A DNA stretch of 63,783 bases, from NCBI RefSeq assembly GCF_000002075.1, contig NW_004797293.1, positions 1,067,942 through 1,131,724 on the forward strand, in the 5' to 3' direction. Position numbers and translations under genes: made by a program. Below the pieces are notes generated by a model. The model was not told the DNA's origin. It did not search any database and saw only the letters and a list, made by a program, of their open reading frames with translations. Positions 24,101 through 35,900 of this stretch are shown here, in pieces (position 1 is the first letter of the stretch; each line of letters opens with the position of its first letter). This DNA is from Aplysia californica (lineage: Eukaryota).

Positions 24101-27100
24101 ACTCCCATGAACTCTACAGGAACAGCCAGAAGAGACAGCACTGTACTGTTGTTTGCTGCATTTCCACCTCTCTGCCAGTAATACTTGAGTCCCCTGGGAG
24201 AACACAATTATATGTGATTTTACAGAGAGGCAGCCATCTTTGTACCTTGAAACCTTGTGTTAAAGTTAAAGGTTACTAGCTGCTTGTTACAGGGTGGATT
24301 ATCAAAAGGAATTTATATATAATAGAATAATATGTTTATACTTTATATACGAACAGAGCATTAATATTTTGTATTGTGGTGTTGATGGTCTAGTGTATAA
24401 GCTTTTGGGCTGGCACCTGAAAGTTTGTGGGTTTGAACTCATTGGGGGGGCCCAATATTGTGTCCTTGGGAAAGGAACTTTTCCTCACTTCACTCAGCTC
24501 AGGTGGAAATGGGTACCTGGCAACAGACAGCAGAAGATCTTGTCAGGTTGTTATTATATGAGCCTGTAATCAGCTACTTGCTCTATACCAATACTTCATG
24601 GTTAGACGAAAACGTTTCTAAGAAAATTAAGGTCTGCTGGGGTATGGTAATGGTTTTGAAATACAGTCGAAGCTGCCATGAAGACCATCTGTACAAACCG
24701 CCACTTTCCATTTCCCCTACTGCGTTTTTTTGGTTTCACTGTGTAAAACGTTCACTGGTTCAATACGGCTGTGGCCACCATATTTTATCACACACCAACC
24801 AATAAACTTGTCCTGATGTTTTGTCATAAATATATATTGGCCCCAGGCGTGGTGGAAGAGCTGTCATAATCCAATCACCTGTAGTTATTGTTAGATGGTC
24901 CCTCCAACCGATCATGGTGCGTAGGCTCCTTCCACTGTTGACCAATAGGAAACAATAAATTTTCAGCTGCTGGTGAGGTAAGCGTGTGACCCCTCATAAC
25001 CCATAAGTCCAGCCTACAATGCATACATAAATCTTAAGGGAGATGAGTGGTCACTTTTGACCCAGTCTGTAACAAAGTAACAATGGACGTCAACATGAAC
25101 TTGTGACCGAAGCCTCGCTTGTTCTCCGAGTGGTGGCGACCCATGTGTTTGTTTTAGCATGGCATTTGGTCTTACCCGTCAGACGCATTTTGTTTTATTT
25201 TACCCTTGCACAAAATCACCACCAAAAAAAGCTGACAAAAACATACCAACAATTAACAAAAACAAAACAAAAAAATTTATAACAAAAACAACAACAACAA
25301 CAAAATCAACATCAACAACCTTCTTCTCCTCCCCTTCTCCTCCCGTCCTCCTTTTTCAAAAGAAAATAAAAACCCATTTTAATTATTTCCTTCTTACATC
25401 ATTTGCCCATAAACTGTATGCTAGGTGGGTAAAGTCACAACACGTTCTACATGCTGGTGGATCATGCCCTGTCACCTAGAGGACCCAATTCTTAACTCTC
25501 AGTCTTATGTCACCCCTCAAGTGAGATTTTCCAGCTTACGTGACCCTGCTTGAAGTAATGAAAACACTCAGGGGCTCACCTGCCTAGACAAACCAGGCTC
25601 TTACTTAAACTTTCTCATCTCTTTAAGGAAGGCAGTTGGTGAGACCCCATGAAGGATATATGAAGATACCTTAATTTAGATTTTAATGAGCACCAATCAA
25701 TGGTTATTATTAGAGTTAGAGTAAATTTCACACTCCACAAAATTGTGGGTCGTATCTTCAATTTCCTCCTCTCGAGATTTCCGAGAAAGCAATCATGTAC
25801 ACAGTGGCGGAGGGTGATTCTAAATGTGGGTGGGGCTGAGAAATCAGGGTAGGTAGAGTTCAAAGGTAAGATTTCCTTGGTTCAGTGGACATTTCAGATA
25901 TGTGTGAGTATGTTTCATTCACACACTCACGCGCAAACGCGCTCATATGACCTTATACAGTTGCGAGTGCTGTAAAACACTTACCAAAAAACCCCCCAAA
26001 AAACATTAATTAATAAAACATGCAAACGCACACATCATCATACAACAGTAACTGGACTAGGCCATGGGGTCGCAGAAAGCAAGACATTCCTAAAACGTGG
26101 GCCCATGAGCGTGTTTTGGTTACTGAGTCTCTAAATAAAGTGTATCGTGAACTTTCCCCCCATTGTCTGGGCTGGCAGAGAACGAGCCCTCTCTAATAAC
26201 AGTTTCCGCGGGCTCTCGTTTGTTTCTTTTATCTTTTTTCAAGAAGACTTTCATTAAAAATGGACCATGGGAATGGGCTCATCCTTTGCTGAGCCCTAAA
26301 CACATTTGATTGGCTGTTAGGTTACTATCGTTGTAAGCGGTGACTACAGTGATTGGATAAACGAGCAAGTGTGTGTGCTCACCGCATGCAACTAAAGGCA
26401 GAGGCAGAAGATTCTGAAATTCTTCTACTGGTTCCAACTGATTAGCCTCTAACTTGTTTATTAGAAGAAACATTAATTTACGGAGGGAAAGAGGTGGGTG
26501 GGGCTCAAGCCCTTCACTACGCCCCGCCACTGCATGTACACTTTACCTATAAATTATGCGATGACAAAAAAAATATGAAGAGATGTAATTAACCATGTTG
26601 AAAACTGAACACAAAGAGAAGCAAACATCCCACATTTACGGCTCCCTTACCTCACTGAAAACTTTATGAGAGAATTTTAGAAGTTGTGAAACCCTTTCTG
26701 CTATCTAGATCTATATTATATTTGTAAAAGTTTGTCACTTTGGTCGTCCAAAGCTTCCGTACCATTTAACTTTTGTATTTGAAAAAATTAATGGTGGTTC
26801 AGAATCATTTAAAGTTAAAGGGTGCACAGTTATAAGGAGTCTGAAGTCACTGTAGTTTAATTTTTAGTTCTTTATTAGTTATCTTGGAAAAGTCCGTCGT
26901 CTAGGACGCCTTGGTAAACAAGTGAGGTTTCCGTTCATAAGCAGTGCGTACTGAATCCACAATGACTTGACGATCGATTCTTTTGAGTCCGTTCATCGAA
27001 TGGATACCCAGCTAGTACAATAAGAATTAGAATTCCCTTTAGGATTAATTGGATACCTTTGATCTGAATCTTCTTGTGGAAACTGGCCGATGACATTAAC

Positions 27101-27166
27101 AAAGTCAACACAAGCAAGACCGACACACAGAACCTTGCCCACTTCCTTCTCAAGTGGAGTTGCCAT
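18199..27166 (-). CDS. KHK: Ketohexokinase-like PfkB/ribokinase-family sugar kinase, 7 coding exons, 321 aa
   Basis: Exons 27166-27057, 24193-24074, 22600-22469, 21590-21509, 20356-20224, 19637-19523, 18472-18199 join in frame (966 nt). Motifs: VLCVGLACVD..FPQEDSDQR, WQRGGNAAN, TGSRTIL, SLEIEKP, DIVFISKDFA, ICAWAELG, DTLGAGDTF (PfkB signature), FGCQLAGRKC. The exon 2 donor could be 3 nt different (GC|GTGGTA), with the same phase. Confidence 0.92.
20564..21022 (-). mobile_element. Diverged MITE family A copy in a KHK intron
   Basis: The body matches family A in reverse orientation; TIRs are degenerate. Confidence 0.6.
22835..22936 (-). repeat. ~100-bp dispersed repeat, probably a SINE 3' end; second copy at 54598-54705 (+)
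   Basis: CCCTACCACAATATGCCGAAGGCCCAGGA..GTCTCACTAACA..CCC.AATGTCCGGATCGGATGC..AACAACTTT is present in both copies. Confidence 0.7.
23810..24035. repeat. (GAA)n/(GGA)n purine-rich microsatellite in KHK intron 2
   Basis: Direct inspection. Confidence 0.9.
24376..24570 (+). mobile_element. CORE-type tRNA-derived SINE, degenerate
   Basis: tRNA-like head, then the CORE domain TGTGTCCTTGGGAAAGG..CCTCACTTCACTCAG..GGTGGAAATGGGTACCTGG. Confidence 0.65.
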
Positions 27167-27716
27167 CTGTACAAATTGACCCTCTGAAAATATAAAACAG
27201 TTTTTGAGAGTGAAAACATGTGGCTGGAAATAACTGCCTTCTCTGACTAACTCTGAATTATAATCAGAAAACAAGACTGGCAGACAAAACTAAATACTGT
27301 TTTATATAGGATCTAATTGATTTACAGTCTTTTATAACTCTGAGGTTTCAGCGGAGCATCTCACTTGCTGACAATAAACTCTAATATTTCATATATCTCA
27401 ATTCTCCAGGTTCCATTCATGGACTTATCCCTAATTCAATTTTATTTTTAAAGAACCCACTTGTTAGGTATTAACAGAACTTTAAATTGTTAAACGTAAC
27501 ATAGTTTCTTCATGGGCAACGACCATTTTAACTGGCTAACAACTAACATTAATTCTAGCCTACACCCTAAATCAATTCATAAAAACCTATTGTAAAAGTC
27601 TTTAAAGGCATAATTGAGTTATTGTGTATTCCCCAAGGATCACTTTAATCTCTATGACATGAAATTCAATTGTTTACAAGGCCCAACCTGCAATATATCA
27701 TTATAGAATGGGATTT

Positions 27717-27719
<3 letters not shown>

Positions 27720-27770
<51 letters not shown>
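27720..27770. repeat. (TA)n microsatellite
   Basis: Direct inspection. Confidence 0.95.
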
Positions 27771-27778
<8 letters not shown>

Positions 27779-28659
27779 ACCATGCAGGGAATACTGATTG
27801 GGAAATCTAATTATAGCTTTTTATATAGCTACTTCTTAGGCATCCTTTACAATGATTTTAAAAAAGCAAAAATTGTGACAGTATAGAGAAATATACTTTA
27901 CATGGAATTGATAGTATTTTTTGGATAAAATCTTTCATCTAAGACCAGGTATAGCTAGTTAAATAGAGGTTATCATGAACCAAAACACTCTAAATTCTCC
28001 CCCCCACCCCCCCCCCCCCCCCCCCACCCCACCCTGATATCTCATAATTGTGATGCCCCTTTTCGCACCTGAAGCTGCAGAAGAGGCCACAGACTGTCTT
28101 TGATGAGGCTTAAGACCCACCTTGGAACAACGGCCCACAGTAAATTCACATCATATTATGTGCCTTTACATGCAGGTAATGACAGCAGCAGCAGAGCTAT
28201 GAATAGATTAAATTTGAAGCAAAAATCAAAATACCAGTCTATTGCATATTATAAGTAAAAAAAAAAAAATGTGCAAAGTAAACAGGTACATACATGTAAA
28301 AGCAAAAAGAAGGAATAGTGTTTTTATAAAATGTTTGAATAAAAAACTGGAGAGATGAAAGGAGTAAGGTGCCTGGTGGGGTGGGTAGATTCACTGATAA
28401 CAGTACTTAGGTGCATCAGTCGACAACGGATGAATTGATGTTGTCAGAGGAAAGAAAAAATAAAAACTCATCCAAAACTGAATTTAACCATTGGGACCTG
28501 TAAAGAAAGAGAGCTCGGCAGGACCTGAGAAAAAGATCAACTTAACGGAAGATCAACTCTTTAAAGCTACACATAGGCACAAGTATAAGTGGGGTCGACT
28601 GCAATTCCATAATTTTAAGAATATATAAAAAAATAAATAGCAATACAGTAGCTCGCATA

Positions 28660-28970
28660 TTCCCGCTCGACAGAAAGCTCTATGCATGCACTTTACACTC
28701 TAAATTACACCCCAGAAACATTCATGAAAAAATGAACGACTTCTTGGAAAGCATTCAGTTTCTGCAGAGCACTCTTAAACACTAACAAACTAGCCTAACA
28801 CCTTTTGCTGTCTTTACCTGGGTACCCATTCCACATGGGTGAAGTGAGGAGAATTTATAGCATGATAAAGTATCTTTCCTAAGGACAGCTTCTGATGGGA
28901 TTCGAACTCATGACCCTCACGACCTTAACGGTTACGAGTCCGAGAGCCTTGCTATAATGAGACCACAGAG
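28660..28970 (-). mobile_element. CORE-type SINE, degenerate
   Basis: GGGTACCCATT..GGGTGAAGTGAGG core and reverse B box GGATTCGAACTC; matches 40150-40495. Confidence 0.6.
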
Positions 28971-29530
28971 ATTGATTTCAGTACTCTGACATCTGCAGTG
29001 CCGTACGGGTTGATCTGATTGAAGTTCTGTTTTCTACCCAATGCTTTGGAAATAGATCGGCCTTTTTGTTCACCATGGCGTACAGACAGTGACAGTCGGC
29101 TGGCACACTATAGTCACTGTGTGCAGGATTTGCTTTGGGATGAACAGAAAAGTAAAGAATGTATTTTAAATATTACTGTAGGCCTATAGTCTTGTTTTGA
29201 CAAAAAAAAACATGTATGCTGAATTTCCCACTCTCTCCTCCCTAGCCTTGTGATGGTAGCCTGGTCAGAGGATCTTTGGTGACAGTACTGATCTGAAACT
29301 GAAATGGTCAGGTTTCAGGGTGCGAGTTATAGTCTATAGACTGAGATACTCAAGTAGGTATGTATAATAATAATATATATGTACAAGTTTCAGGGGGTGA
29401 ATTAAGGCTTCAGATGAAATGTCACTAAGAAAAAAATTAGTCGATTTTGGTTGAAGGGATAGAGGTAGGCTCAAGGCAACTGGGCTAGGCCTAGATTCTA
29501 GATCTAGAGTCTAGATCTAGGTCTATGTAC

Positions 29531-29924
29531 CTGAATTAGGGGAAAAGTTGCAAAGTAACTCATATACAAAAATCAAAAGCGTAAAAAAGCATATTATCCT
29601 CAAACGAACTTGTCGGCAGTGGGCGGACCCTCTTCGTCGCTTGTTGTTTGTTTCGGGAAGTTTCAGCTGTGTTTTGCTGAACGGTGTTGCCTACTGGTCT
29701 CGTCGTCAATATTTTTATTTTTCACCGGGAATTTTAGAAAACTAAAAGCGAAAGCAGGGACTTCCGGGCTCCGAGACAACGGCGAACTCCGATTCCGACG
29801 ATCACTGCAGAGTGCAGTCGTGAAGTTGCCTAGCCTTTTGTCTATGCTAGATTAATTTTTTTTTCAAAGTCTTTGTGACTTTAAAGTGCTATTTTACTTG
29901 GTGGTGATGCTATAGTGCTCAAAG
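29531..29924. promoter_or_regulatory. Probable bidirectional promoter for KHK/ANAPC5, including a candidate non-coding first exon of KHK
   Basis: The KHK ATG exon has a strong acceptor (TTTTCAG at 27185-27184), so an upstream UTR exon is expected. A - strand donor CAG|GTACAT ends at 29531. The segment is CpG-rich with ETS-like CGGGAAGT (~29654) and ACTTCCGG (~29760) motifs. Confidence 0.6.
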
Positions 29925-32900
29925 ATGTCTTACGAAGTCAGTGATTTGTTCATATTTGACTCTGGCACAAGGCTGCAAAGTAGTGAACGGGTAAGAAAGA
30001 ATTTCAATTCAAATCAATGCTCCCTGTCCTGGGTCCTGTTCTGTGCACTTCGACTCTAATTCCTCTTGGTGATAGTCTAAGATAAAGTCTTATTTATTCT
30101 TGACTTTGCAAATAGATCTAGAATCTACCACTGTAAGAAGAGGACAACGGTTAGAGGATTTCACCTGGTGACTATTTTTGTTCTAAATCAAGTAGGCCTG
30201 CCTAAAAACGAAGTACTTATCTTAGGCCCAATTTACATTAGAAAACAGGAGGTTTAAAATACATGCACTGTCATTAAGGAACCTGGTTTTGTCTCAAATA
30301 CAAATACTTTAGGTACTGCACACTAAAAATGTATATTTACAATTCAGTTGGCCTATTTTTTGTAAATGGTCAGTGTAGCCATCATATTAATTAAGAATAA
30401 GTACGGCTAGACTGCCAGTCTAGCCATCATTAAGTACGGCTAGCCTCTTCCGCCTAAAAAAACCCAGTAAAAGTGGGAATCAAGTAGATTAGAAGAAGGC
30501 TATACACACTAGTGTTGGGTCGGGCTCGCAAAATTAGCGCCCGCGAGTAACGAACTACTCGTTGGCACTACCCGCAAACGAGCGGACGGGTAACGAACCG
30601 TCCGTTTGTGAAGAGTAGATCGCTACTCACTACACATCGGACAGATACAACAGACCCAACAGTTCGTTAAGCGAGCGAGCGGACAGGCGGACCGAGAGAC
30701 TCCATGCATTCGAGCGGGCGGACGGACGGACGGGAGCGACTCCTTCCATTGCATACAACTTATTACCCCCCCCCCCCCCCCAAAAAAAAAATAAAATTTT
30801 AAATTAAAAAATCACCTTCCTGCCTCACATTGCAGCTAGATTTCTAGGCGTTCATGGCGGAACCCCCCCCCCCCCCCCGGCCTTTGTGATAATTGGAACG
30901 TACACAGTGTGCCCCACGCACGAGGTGAAAGGTTACACGCATAGTACTACGTCACCAGCCTCTCTCACTCCCTGTGGCACCGCTAGTGGTTTGAAACATA
31001 GACCAAATTAACAAACAATAGACCGTTGGCCTAGCCTCGCGTCGAGTATCTCGTCTGCTAGAGTTCGTCCGTTTGCCTTCCCGCCCAGTGAATAAAATTG
31101 TGGAGCGGACCCAAAAAAAACGAACTGGCTTGAAGTCCGCAGTCCGCTCTCTGAGAGAGTCAAATTGTGGAGCGGACCCAAAAAACGAACTGTCTTGAGG
31201 TTCGCAGTTCGCTCTCATGGCCGTCCGTTACCCGTTCGCTCTGACTGAGTCCGCGAGTAACGAACCCGTCCGTCCGCTCGCCCCATCTCTACTGTACACT
31301 CTCTGTAGAGGATAGAGATAGGAGAATCTAGAGATCTAGAAATCTTGCTCAAGATCCTCCAGCGTCTTTATATATATAATGGCAATTTTCGTGCCGTTTA
31401 TTGTCTTTGTGTTTACCGTTTTTCAATTTCAAGCTTCAGCGTTCTTAATCTTACTGTTCTGAGCTTCAACGATCTCTAGAACTAACGGTCTTCCATCATG
31501 TCCAATTGCTACATCTAGATCTAGATGTAGATTCTAGATCTAGAATCTCTAGGAAATCCGAAATGTTACAGAAAACACGTCATTCCATGCGTACCTCCAC
31601 GGCCTTCTTAAAATAGTCTGTGGGTATCCCAGGAAGTGATGACATCACGTTACTTAAATTAGCAGCCAATCAGAAAGATGCATCTTCTAGTTGAACTGCA
31701 TGTTGTCCCACATGCTCATATATGACGGTTTCATTATAACCTTATCCGATACAGTTGCGAGTGCCGTAACCTAAGTGGGTCAATTAGGTTGCTAACCAAC
31801 GCGGGCAGTTCTAGAAGTAGGCCATAAACTTACACAAACTCTAGCAGACTGATGCACACACACTTGAAGAGCTGCGGGAATACGGGTCCCTGTCATCACG
31901 CGGATGATGCTCGGGACGGGTGCACTGAGTCAGGGCCGGACTGACTCGAGATCGTATGAAAGTAGGGGAATTGCCGAAATAGGCTCAGGAAACATTCTGG
32001 CTCCCACAGGACCAGGGTTAATAACGTAATTTTCCATTTGTTACAGTGGTACCCAGCACCATAAAGTAAGGAAAGTCCTATCAGTAAAAAAATTACATAA
32101 TTAATAATATTTTACTATAATAATTGTAAGGCGACAAGAAATAAAATGAAACATCGAAAGGACGTCATTCGCCAATCTGGCATTCATCTGGAAGTCTCGG
32201 ATGTTCATCACGGCGTAATATTATATATATAACCAACTTGTAGGGGCCGTAGATGGTAAGGATTACCCCAATTTTAATCAAAGTAACCCTGTAAATTATA
32301 TCATGAGTCTGAAGTCTGAAAGGACACAAATCAGTTGTTTTTTGTGTCTTTTCATCATGATGTCTTTTCGCATTTTTGTATGACCCTAGAGAAGAGAGGT
32401 CTAACAACCTGTCCTGTGAGTGTGAGTGAGAGCTAGTGTGTATTGTTGTACAAAGGGGAGGGAGGACATGGGCAACTGCGGATGAGTGATTTGAGAGTGT
32501 AGGCCGAAGTTAAAAATACCCCCCGACCTACCCCCACCCCTCACCCCCCCGAAAAAAGGGTATAATCCAGTTTTGGCTCAATGATAAAACTATATATGTA
32601 GTGTGGATTTTAGTTTTACAGATGATTACTTCTTTCTAAATGATTACTTTCGACGCGCGTGCCGATATCATGATATTTGACACTCAGCGAGCAAGAGATA
32701 TCAAACCCATTGAATTGCAAAGCATCAAATTAGGGTAAAATTCAGGGGGGAATTCCCCACTGAAACCCCCCATATATATATATAAGGGATGAGAATAGCC
32801 AGCGTTGGTTTTTCTCACTCGGTGTGAAACAAAACCTGTTTTTCCTATAATTTCTGAATACTGTCTATCGGCGTGGATGATTAATTTATTGACAAAAACA

Positions 32901-35900
32901 AAGTAAAAAAATGATGCTATAGCACAATTTAACACTTTGCAGTGGCACAGTACGAAATACTCCATCTGACACAGAAATGCGCCAGGTGACCGGAACGGAT
33001 TTTTCACCTGCGCCAAGTTACTGCAAAGTGTAAGTAAATTAATTTGGTCATCTACAAAGATGCTATGGCTATTTCACTTTTTGAATTGAGCCTAACTACG
33101 CTGGTTGCCTGTTTGTTTTACCCGGAAGTTCTCGCGTTGCTACTCCTTCTCTCTCTCTCTGTCCCTACTCTTTCTCACCTTCCCCCCTCTATCTCTCTCT
33201 CTCTCTTTTTCTCTCACTGCCTACAGACAAAATTGCATGCTTTCAATACTAACCGTGCTGGAACGTTTGTTTCAATGGTGAGAGCACACGGGTGAAAATA
33301 GCTAAATTTAAAAGGCTCGCCCTCTCACCCGCAGTGATCAGCCTGAGCCGTTGCCCTAAGCAGTGAACACAAACCGGGGTGAGAATAGCCAGAAGATTGC
33401 CCCTCACCCTGTGAGAGGCCTACAACTGCGTTATTCTCACCCCTGGTGAGAATAGAAGGTGGCTTTATATAAGGTCAGGGGGGCAAGTCCCCCCCTAAAA
33501 ACCCCCTTGTTAAAATCACCTGAAATATTACTGCTCATTTTGTCTAGCATCTGCGTTTGCCGTGAATCTCGGCCTTCAGAGAAGGGTTGGGGCAGATGCC
33601 CAGAAACTAGGCCAAACTTGGACGGAACAGGAGAAAAATGCTTAGAATTCTAACAGGCATCTCTGTCTAGAGGAGTTGTTGGGGATGGCATGTATGAAAA
33701 AAAAAAGTTCTTTGGTGAACAAGAAAAAGAGCAAAGGCTTTAGAGTTTTAGCCTAAAATCATTATCGGCCTTCTTTAGTCGAATGTATTGTGAATGCATA
33801 CATATAGTGCAGTTTTCCTACACTTCTTTCAGTGAGTTAAAGTGAAAGAAATTAGAATGTCAAAGTAGGAATTAGTGCTGTTAGTTTGCTTGAAGTAAGC
33901 TGAAGCGTCAAAATGGGAAGGCGTCTATGTTGAAAACTGTAATCTTGCATTCTCTTTCTGAGAGCTCAGATTCAAATGGTTTTGAACTTGAAATGTTGGT
34001 GGTTTGCTCCCCCTTGAGCTACAAATTGAGTTCAGAGTGATCTTTATGGTGCTTGTTATCTTCACAAATACACCATGATCACTTGTGAATATTTCTTGTA
34101 TGCTTGAAGACGTGCCAAATGATGAGCAGTTGTGAGATTGATCTTTTTTTAAAAAGATGTGTTGATTGTGACAGGAAAGACATTTACAGGAGATGTATGA
34201 AGTGAAGTTTTAGTTCTCTTTTGTTTTTTTTAAGCTATGGTGAGTTTGAAATTGTAGGACACTTTAGAACACCGTGAGATAATAACGTAATGATGATCAG
34301 AAAACGGTATTTTTCGACATTTTCATTTAATTTTTGACAGAACATAGTGCCTGTACCATATAAGTCCTCTTTGTTTCAAATTAGAGGTAGGTAATTAATA
34401 CAGCCGTCTTGTCATTTTTTTTCTTTGTAGTTTTCCATCATGAGACTTTCCTGAAATTTTCCCACAGGTCACCCCTCACAAACTGTCTATCATGGCTCTC
34501 GTTTACGAGTACATTCACCTGATGAGAGTGTCACCGTGCGACGATTCCTTTGATGAAGAGAACATGTTGACAGATGACGATAAGAGAGTTTTCATGGTCA
34601 CACTACTTAGCCTCTTGCAGGTGATTTGGTGGTGTAGATTTAAGGCTCACCGATGAATTAGAAAATATTCCTAAGATCTGTTACTGTTTGTTTACCTTGT
34701 AAGGTTGGCTTGTGGTAATTTGACCATCTCATTTAAATCTGCAAATTAAATTAAATTTAATGGTTTATTGCACCATCAGTAGAAGACTAATTTTCAATGC
34801 AGTGTTTATATTTTTGCTTTCTTTTTTTTTTTGGTAAAAATTTTCTTTCTGTTCATTTTATTCTCATCAAAATAAGTGAGCGGAAAAGAGTGAGGTGAAA
34901 GTGTTGAATTTCTAATACTTTATACTTTATATTGAATACTTCATCTCATATATATGTTCTGACCAAATTGTTTGATCAATCAGCTTGATTTCATTTTACT
35001 CAATAATTTCCATAATAATGGTCTCTTAGTGTGTTTCTTTTTTTTTGGTAAATGTTTTACGGTGCTCGCAACTGCATAAGGTCATTTGAGCGTCTGGGAC
35101 ACATTAAACATTTTCAGTGCTACGAAATTTTGGATTTTGCCCGGATGGCAGCTGAAGCCTACTCTTGATTTTGGACCACCAAGGGATCTTTAATGTACAG
35201 AACTTGCACATGAGACCTCTGGGATTTATCAGAGAAAGCTAGGTGTTAGATCTTACCTACCATAAGACCAGGGGTTTGGCTGAAAGACAATAGTAAGGAG
35301 GAGCTAAGGAGTAGCAGTAGAAAGGCTGCAGAAAGAGCCAGGAGCCCAGAGAAGGGGGTGAGGGGGTGGGGGGCAAAAGTGGAGACAAAAGCAAATGACA
35401 GAACATTGTTAAAGAGCTGGAAAGGAGGTGTAGTCTGAGACAATTTTTAGAGATGAAAATTTTCCGTCGCCCTCCGGATTTGAACTGGGGACCTATTGAA
35501 TGAGAGGCAAATACTGTAACCTCTCGACTATGAGAGCCCCCAAGTGTGTTTCTCTTAAGGTGAAAAATTTTGAGTGTTTTGAGTGTTCAGTTCATTGTTT
35601 TGGAGAGAAATGGTCATGTTTGACTGGTTGTCCTTTTGGACAGTGTTATAATTCAAGAAATTAAAAAAAAATGCAAGGGGGGAAGTCAGAAGCGATTGTT
35701 TGAACAGGTGCTGTCTTGGACTGGGGGTTCTAAGAGCAGTTTCGACTGTATTTTGTGATTTCACAAGTGACTCAGTCTCTTGCAGTTTCAGTTGTTCACT
35801 CGGTTTTGGGACATTTTAAGTAAGTTAAAAAATGTAAGTTTCACAGTAAAAGGTGCTTTATTATAACTTGAGTTGTTCTCTGTTCTTATCAGCTTAATAT

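Noticed and set aside
23765-24279. Poly-Glu and poly-Leu ORFs
   Set aside because: Translations of the (GAA)n microsatellite; the + ORF is also antisense to KHK exon 2.
27045-27056. KHK donor GTATCC resembling a U12-type 5' splice site
   Set aside because: It reads GTATCCAA, not GTATCCTT, and there is no TCCTTAAC branch site before the acceptor at 24194.
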